Shown here piece after piece: positions 61,976 through 64,000 of a stretch of DNA of 64,000 nucleotides. Position 1 is the first letter of the stretch. Every line of letters begins with the position of its first letter. A model generated the notes under the pieces. The model saw only the letters and a list, made by a program, of their open reading frames with translations, did no database searches and was not told the origin of the DNA. Source of the DNA: a virus. The DNA lies in the IMG/VR virus record IMGVR_UViG_3300029911_000024, positions 2,820-66,819 of that record. One strand, 5' to 3'. The translations under genes were made by a program, and so were the position numbers.

Positions 61976-62028
61976 GGCCCGGCTCCCTAGTTTACGTCTG
62001 TTAGAACTGGACTATTAAGCGCGGCCCC

Positions 62029-62220
62029 TTATTGTACCAAGGCGCGCATATCGGCTTCGCAAGCCCGCGCGTCTTTGTTCGTTCCCCAGAACCACTTCCG
62101 CAGAAGTCCGATGCAGTCTTTAAGCGCAGCATTGTATCGCTCGCGCCGCGTAGCTTCCCATTCCTGCTGCTCAAAGCCGGTCGTGATGTGACCGCAATGC
62201 GGACATTGATGTTCACCCAT
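62029..62220 (-). CDS. Small CxxC protein
   Basis: AGGAG/GAGG RBS; CPHCG. Confidence 0.5.
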   Translation of the reverse strand: MGEHQCPHCGHITTGFEQQEWEATRRERYNAALKDCIGLLRKWFWGTNKDARACEADMRALVQ

Positions 62221-62230
62221 GCCTCACTCC

Positions 62231-62350
62231 TTAATTGTAAACGATGACTTTGAAACGACCCAGCCAGAACGCCCGATACCCAAGACCGTGCAATGGCCTA
62301 AACACAACCCACTGCGCAGGCTGCCTATAGAAGACTTTGATCTTGGGCAT
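62231..62350 (-). CDS. 39-aa peptide
   Basis: GAGGAG RBS; MPKIKVFYRQPAQWVVFRPLHGLGYRAFWLGRFKVIVYN. Confidence 0.4.
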   Translation of the reverse strand: MPKIKVFYRQPAQWVVFRPLHGLGYRAFWLGRFKVIVYN

Positions 62351-62362
62351 GGCCTTGCTCCT

Positions 62363-63037
62363 CTACTTTTTGGGCAGCGGGTTAGACCGCCGCCACGCTA
62401 GACGTTCTTTCACAGTCCTGTTGCGCCAGCCGGGGAAGCGCAGATTCACCAGCGCCACGGATACCCGGAAGCGCCGCGCAATGGCGTTGAGCGATAGCTG
62501 ATGGGACCGGGTGGACAGGATCAACTTTTCCATCTGTTCCCATTGCTTGGCCGTCAGCTTGCCAGGAGCGCCAACCAGCGAGCCGTTCGCCTTGGCCTGT
62601 GCCATCCCTGCCCGCGACCGTTCGGCGGTGGTGTCGCTTTCAAATTGCGCGAACACGGCCAGCATCCCGAAGAAGGCGCGGCCCATAGGCGTCCGAGTGT
62701 CAATGGCTTCGGTTAGGCTAACAAGGTTCTGGCCTTCCGCCTCAAATTCCTTGGACAGCCGCAGCAGCTCCATCGTGTCGCGGCCAAGCCGGTCTAGCTT
62801 CCAGATCACCAAAGCACCGCCCGGGCGCATCTGCTTGATCGCCATGTCGAGATTGGGGCGCTTCGCCTTCCGACCGGAAGCAATGTCACCGAAGATCAGT
62901 TCATCGGGAATGCCGCGCCGCTTTAGGGCAGCAATCTGCATGTCGGGCGTTTGGTCGCGGCCAGTGCTGACCCGCCAATAGCCAACCTCCCAAGCGGGGT
63001 CAGGCGCGGCGAGTTCCAGGGGAATAGTCTTTTTCAT
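62363..63037 (-). CDS. Small serine recombinase (resolvase/invertase family)
   Basis: GYWRVST..Q..DMQ, SG....RP, VIWKLDRLGR, IDTRTPMGR, C-terminal HTH. Confidence 0.92.
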   Translation of the reverse strand: MKKTIPLELAAPDPAWEVGYWRVSTGRDQTPDMQIAALKRRGIPDELIFGDIASGRKAKRPNLDMAIKQMRPGGALVIWKLDRLGRDTMELLRLSKEFEAEGQNLVSLTEAIDTRTPMGRAFFGMLAVFAQFESDTTAERSRAGMAQAKANGSLVGAPGKLTAKQWEQMEKLILSTRSHQLSLNAIARRFRVSVALVNLRFPGWRNRTVKERLAWRRSNPLPKK

Positions 63038-63049
63038 GGCAATCCAAAA

Positions 63050-63112
63050 ATCGACTGGACGATTATTTCAGGGAATTATTGGACAGTCAACTAGATTATT
63101 GTATTATTGTAT
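63050..63112. repeat. AT-rich ATTATT repeats upstream of the resolvase (possible res site)
   Basis: ATTATT four times within 63062-63108. Confidence 0.4.
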
Positions 63113-63141
63113 TGACAGGCGGAAAGGCGGGGGATTATAAG
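63112..63141 (+). promoter_or_regulatory. Strong sigma70 promoter
   Basis: TTGACA-N18-TATAAG. Confidence 0.7.
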
Positions 63142-63148
63142 CGCAGCC

Positions 63149-63302
63149 AGCCGGTGGTCGTCGGTTCAAATCCGACCTTTAGGAGCCTAGTCAATATGGA
63201 CGGCGGGATTGTGATGAAGCGTGACGCGTCGCGTGTAAAGCCTAGCCAGCGAGCCATAGGCGGGATTGCTCCTACGGTAGCTCAGCAGGTAGAGCACCGG
63301 CA
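63149..63302 (+). ncRNA. Circularly permuted tRNA-like RNA (3' half, 86-nt spacer, 5' half)
   Basis: GCCGG-TGGTC-GTCGG TTCAAAT CCGAC-CTTTAGG-A, then CCTACGG-TA-GCTC AGCAGGTA GAGC-A-CCGGC; all cloverleaf stems are complementary. Confidence 0.8.
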
Positions 63303-63337
63303 GCTTATTCAGTACCGATAGAGGAAGGGCCGATAGA

Positions 63338-63790
63338 GTGACCTTACAGATATTCCCCGCGACTTTGAAGCAGGCTAATGACCTGGTTGCGGGCCTGCAT
63401 CGTCACCATAAGGCTGTTGTTGGCCATCGCTTTTCCATCGGTGTTCGTGATGACGCTGGCGTCGTCCGTGGTGCCGCCATAGTGGGGCGACCGACTGGCC
63501 GGAAGAACCCGCAATACGATTGGGCAGAGGTCACACGGCTGGTGACGGATGGAACAGACAACGCTTGCTCCAAGCTGTACGGGGCTTGCGCGCGCATCTG
63601 CAAGGAAATGGGTTTCGCCCGTATCCAGACATTTATCCTAGACAGTGAGGGCGGTACTTCGCTCAAGGCGGCAGGGTGGGAATTTGACGGCTATTCGGAA
63701 GGCGGCGATTGGAATGTACCTAGCCGTGGCGGCAGGCGCACCGACCAGCCGCAAGAGCGTAAACAGCGTTGGAAGAAAACTCTACAATAA
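63338..63790 (+). CDS. XF1762-family (GNAT/Mom-like) protein
   Basis: AN..V...HRHH....G..FSIG, AIVGRP, EVTRL..DG..NACS.LYGA, T..L..E.GTSLKAAGW. Confidence 0.8.
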   Translation: MTLQIFPATLKQANDLVAGLHRHHKAVVGHRFSIGVRDDAGVVRGAAIVGRPTGRKNPQYDWAEVTRLVTDGTDNACSKLYGACARICKEMGFARIQTFILDSEGGTSLKAAGWEFDGYSEGGDWNVPSRGGRRTDQPQERKQRWKKTLQ

Positions 63791-63802
63791 GGGCCGATTG
63801 CC

Positions 63803-64000
63803 ATGATGAGAAAGCAATTCGAGTGTGACGGCTGCGGCCTGATTGACTTGGTTGAACAAGACGCGCCGTCCAACAAGATCAGGTCCGGCGTTATGGTTTC
63901 CATCAACGGCGGTTCCGATAAGGTCTATGACATGTGCGTGAATTGTGAGGCGCACCTGACCCGTCACGCCGATCCAAAATCATGGCCGCGTGTGGCCGAA
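63803..64000 (+). CDS. Zinc-binding small protein, truncated at the window edge
   Basis: MMRKQFECDGCG...YDMCVNC. Confidence 0.5.
   Translation, partial: MMRKQFECDGCGLIDLVEQDAPSNKIRSGVMVSINGGSDKVYDMCVNCEAHLTRHADPKSWPRVAE

Noticed and set aside
63149-63302. attP remnant of integration into a tRNA gene, or an ordinary tRNA
   Set aside because: An attP carries only one tRNA fragment. Here both halves are present, mutually complementary, in reversed order behind a promoter, with no integrase and no anticodon loop
1-64000. CRISPR array, diversity-generating retroelement, IS element, rRNA
   Set aside because: No regularly spaced repeats, reverse transcriptase, transposase or rRNA-like sequence seen by eye

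Overview
The whole window is a tailed-phage (siphovirus-type) genome segment. It most likely infects an Alphaproteobacterium, judging from a GapR/DUF2312 homologue, a two-piece permuted tmRNA with an xNDN...LAA tag, CTTG-N16/17-CTATAT promoters and GTA-like tail genes. Layout: replication/recombination genes (1-10.3 kb), lysis cassette with embedded Rz1 (10.3-12.4 kb), tail (12.4-23 kb), neck and an ~8 kb head-fibre/decoration block, capsid, scaffold and protease (23-36.6 kb), a ~16.5 kb accessory/early region that splits the head module (36.7-53.1 kb), MuF-portal-terminase (53.2-57.8 kb), small accessory ORFs, a serine resolvase and an XF1762/GNAT-like gene (58-64 kb). The most unusual elements are: (1) a ~900-codon modular anti-defence polyprotein (SAM-lyase-like, ART-like, Acb1-like 2H phosphodiesterase, RelA/SpoT-like) with repeated module-leader motifs, a single in-frame amber codon and a convergent candidate immunity gene; (2) a circularly permuted tRNA-like gene opened at the anticodon loop, with its own promoter; (3) a phage two-piece tmRNA with a long structured intervening segment, followed by a ~500-nt highly structured ORF-free RNA; (4) a genome-wide GG(A/C)C-N5-G(T/G)CC palindrome that sits inside promoter spacers. 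All family assignments come from motif recognition by eye; no searches were run.
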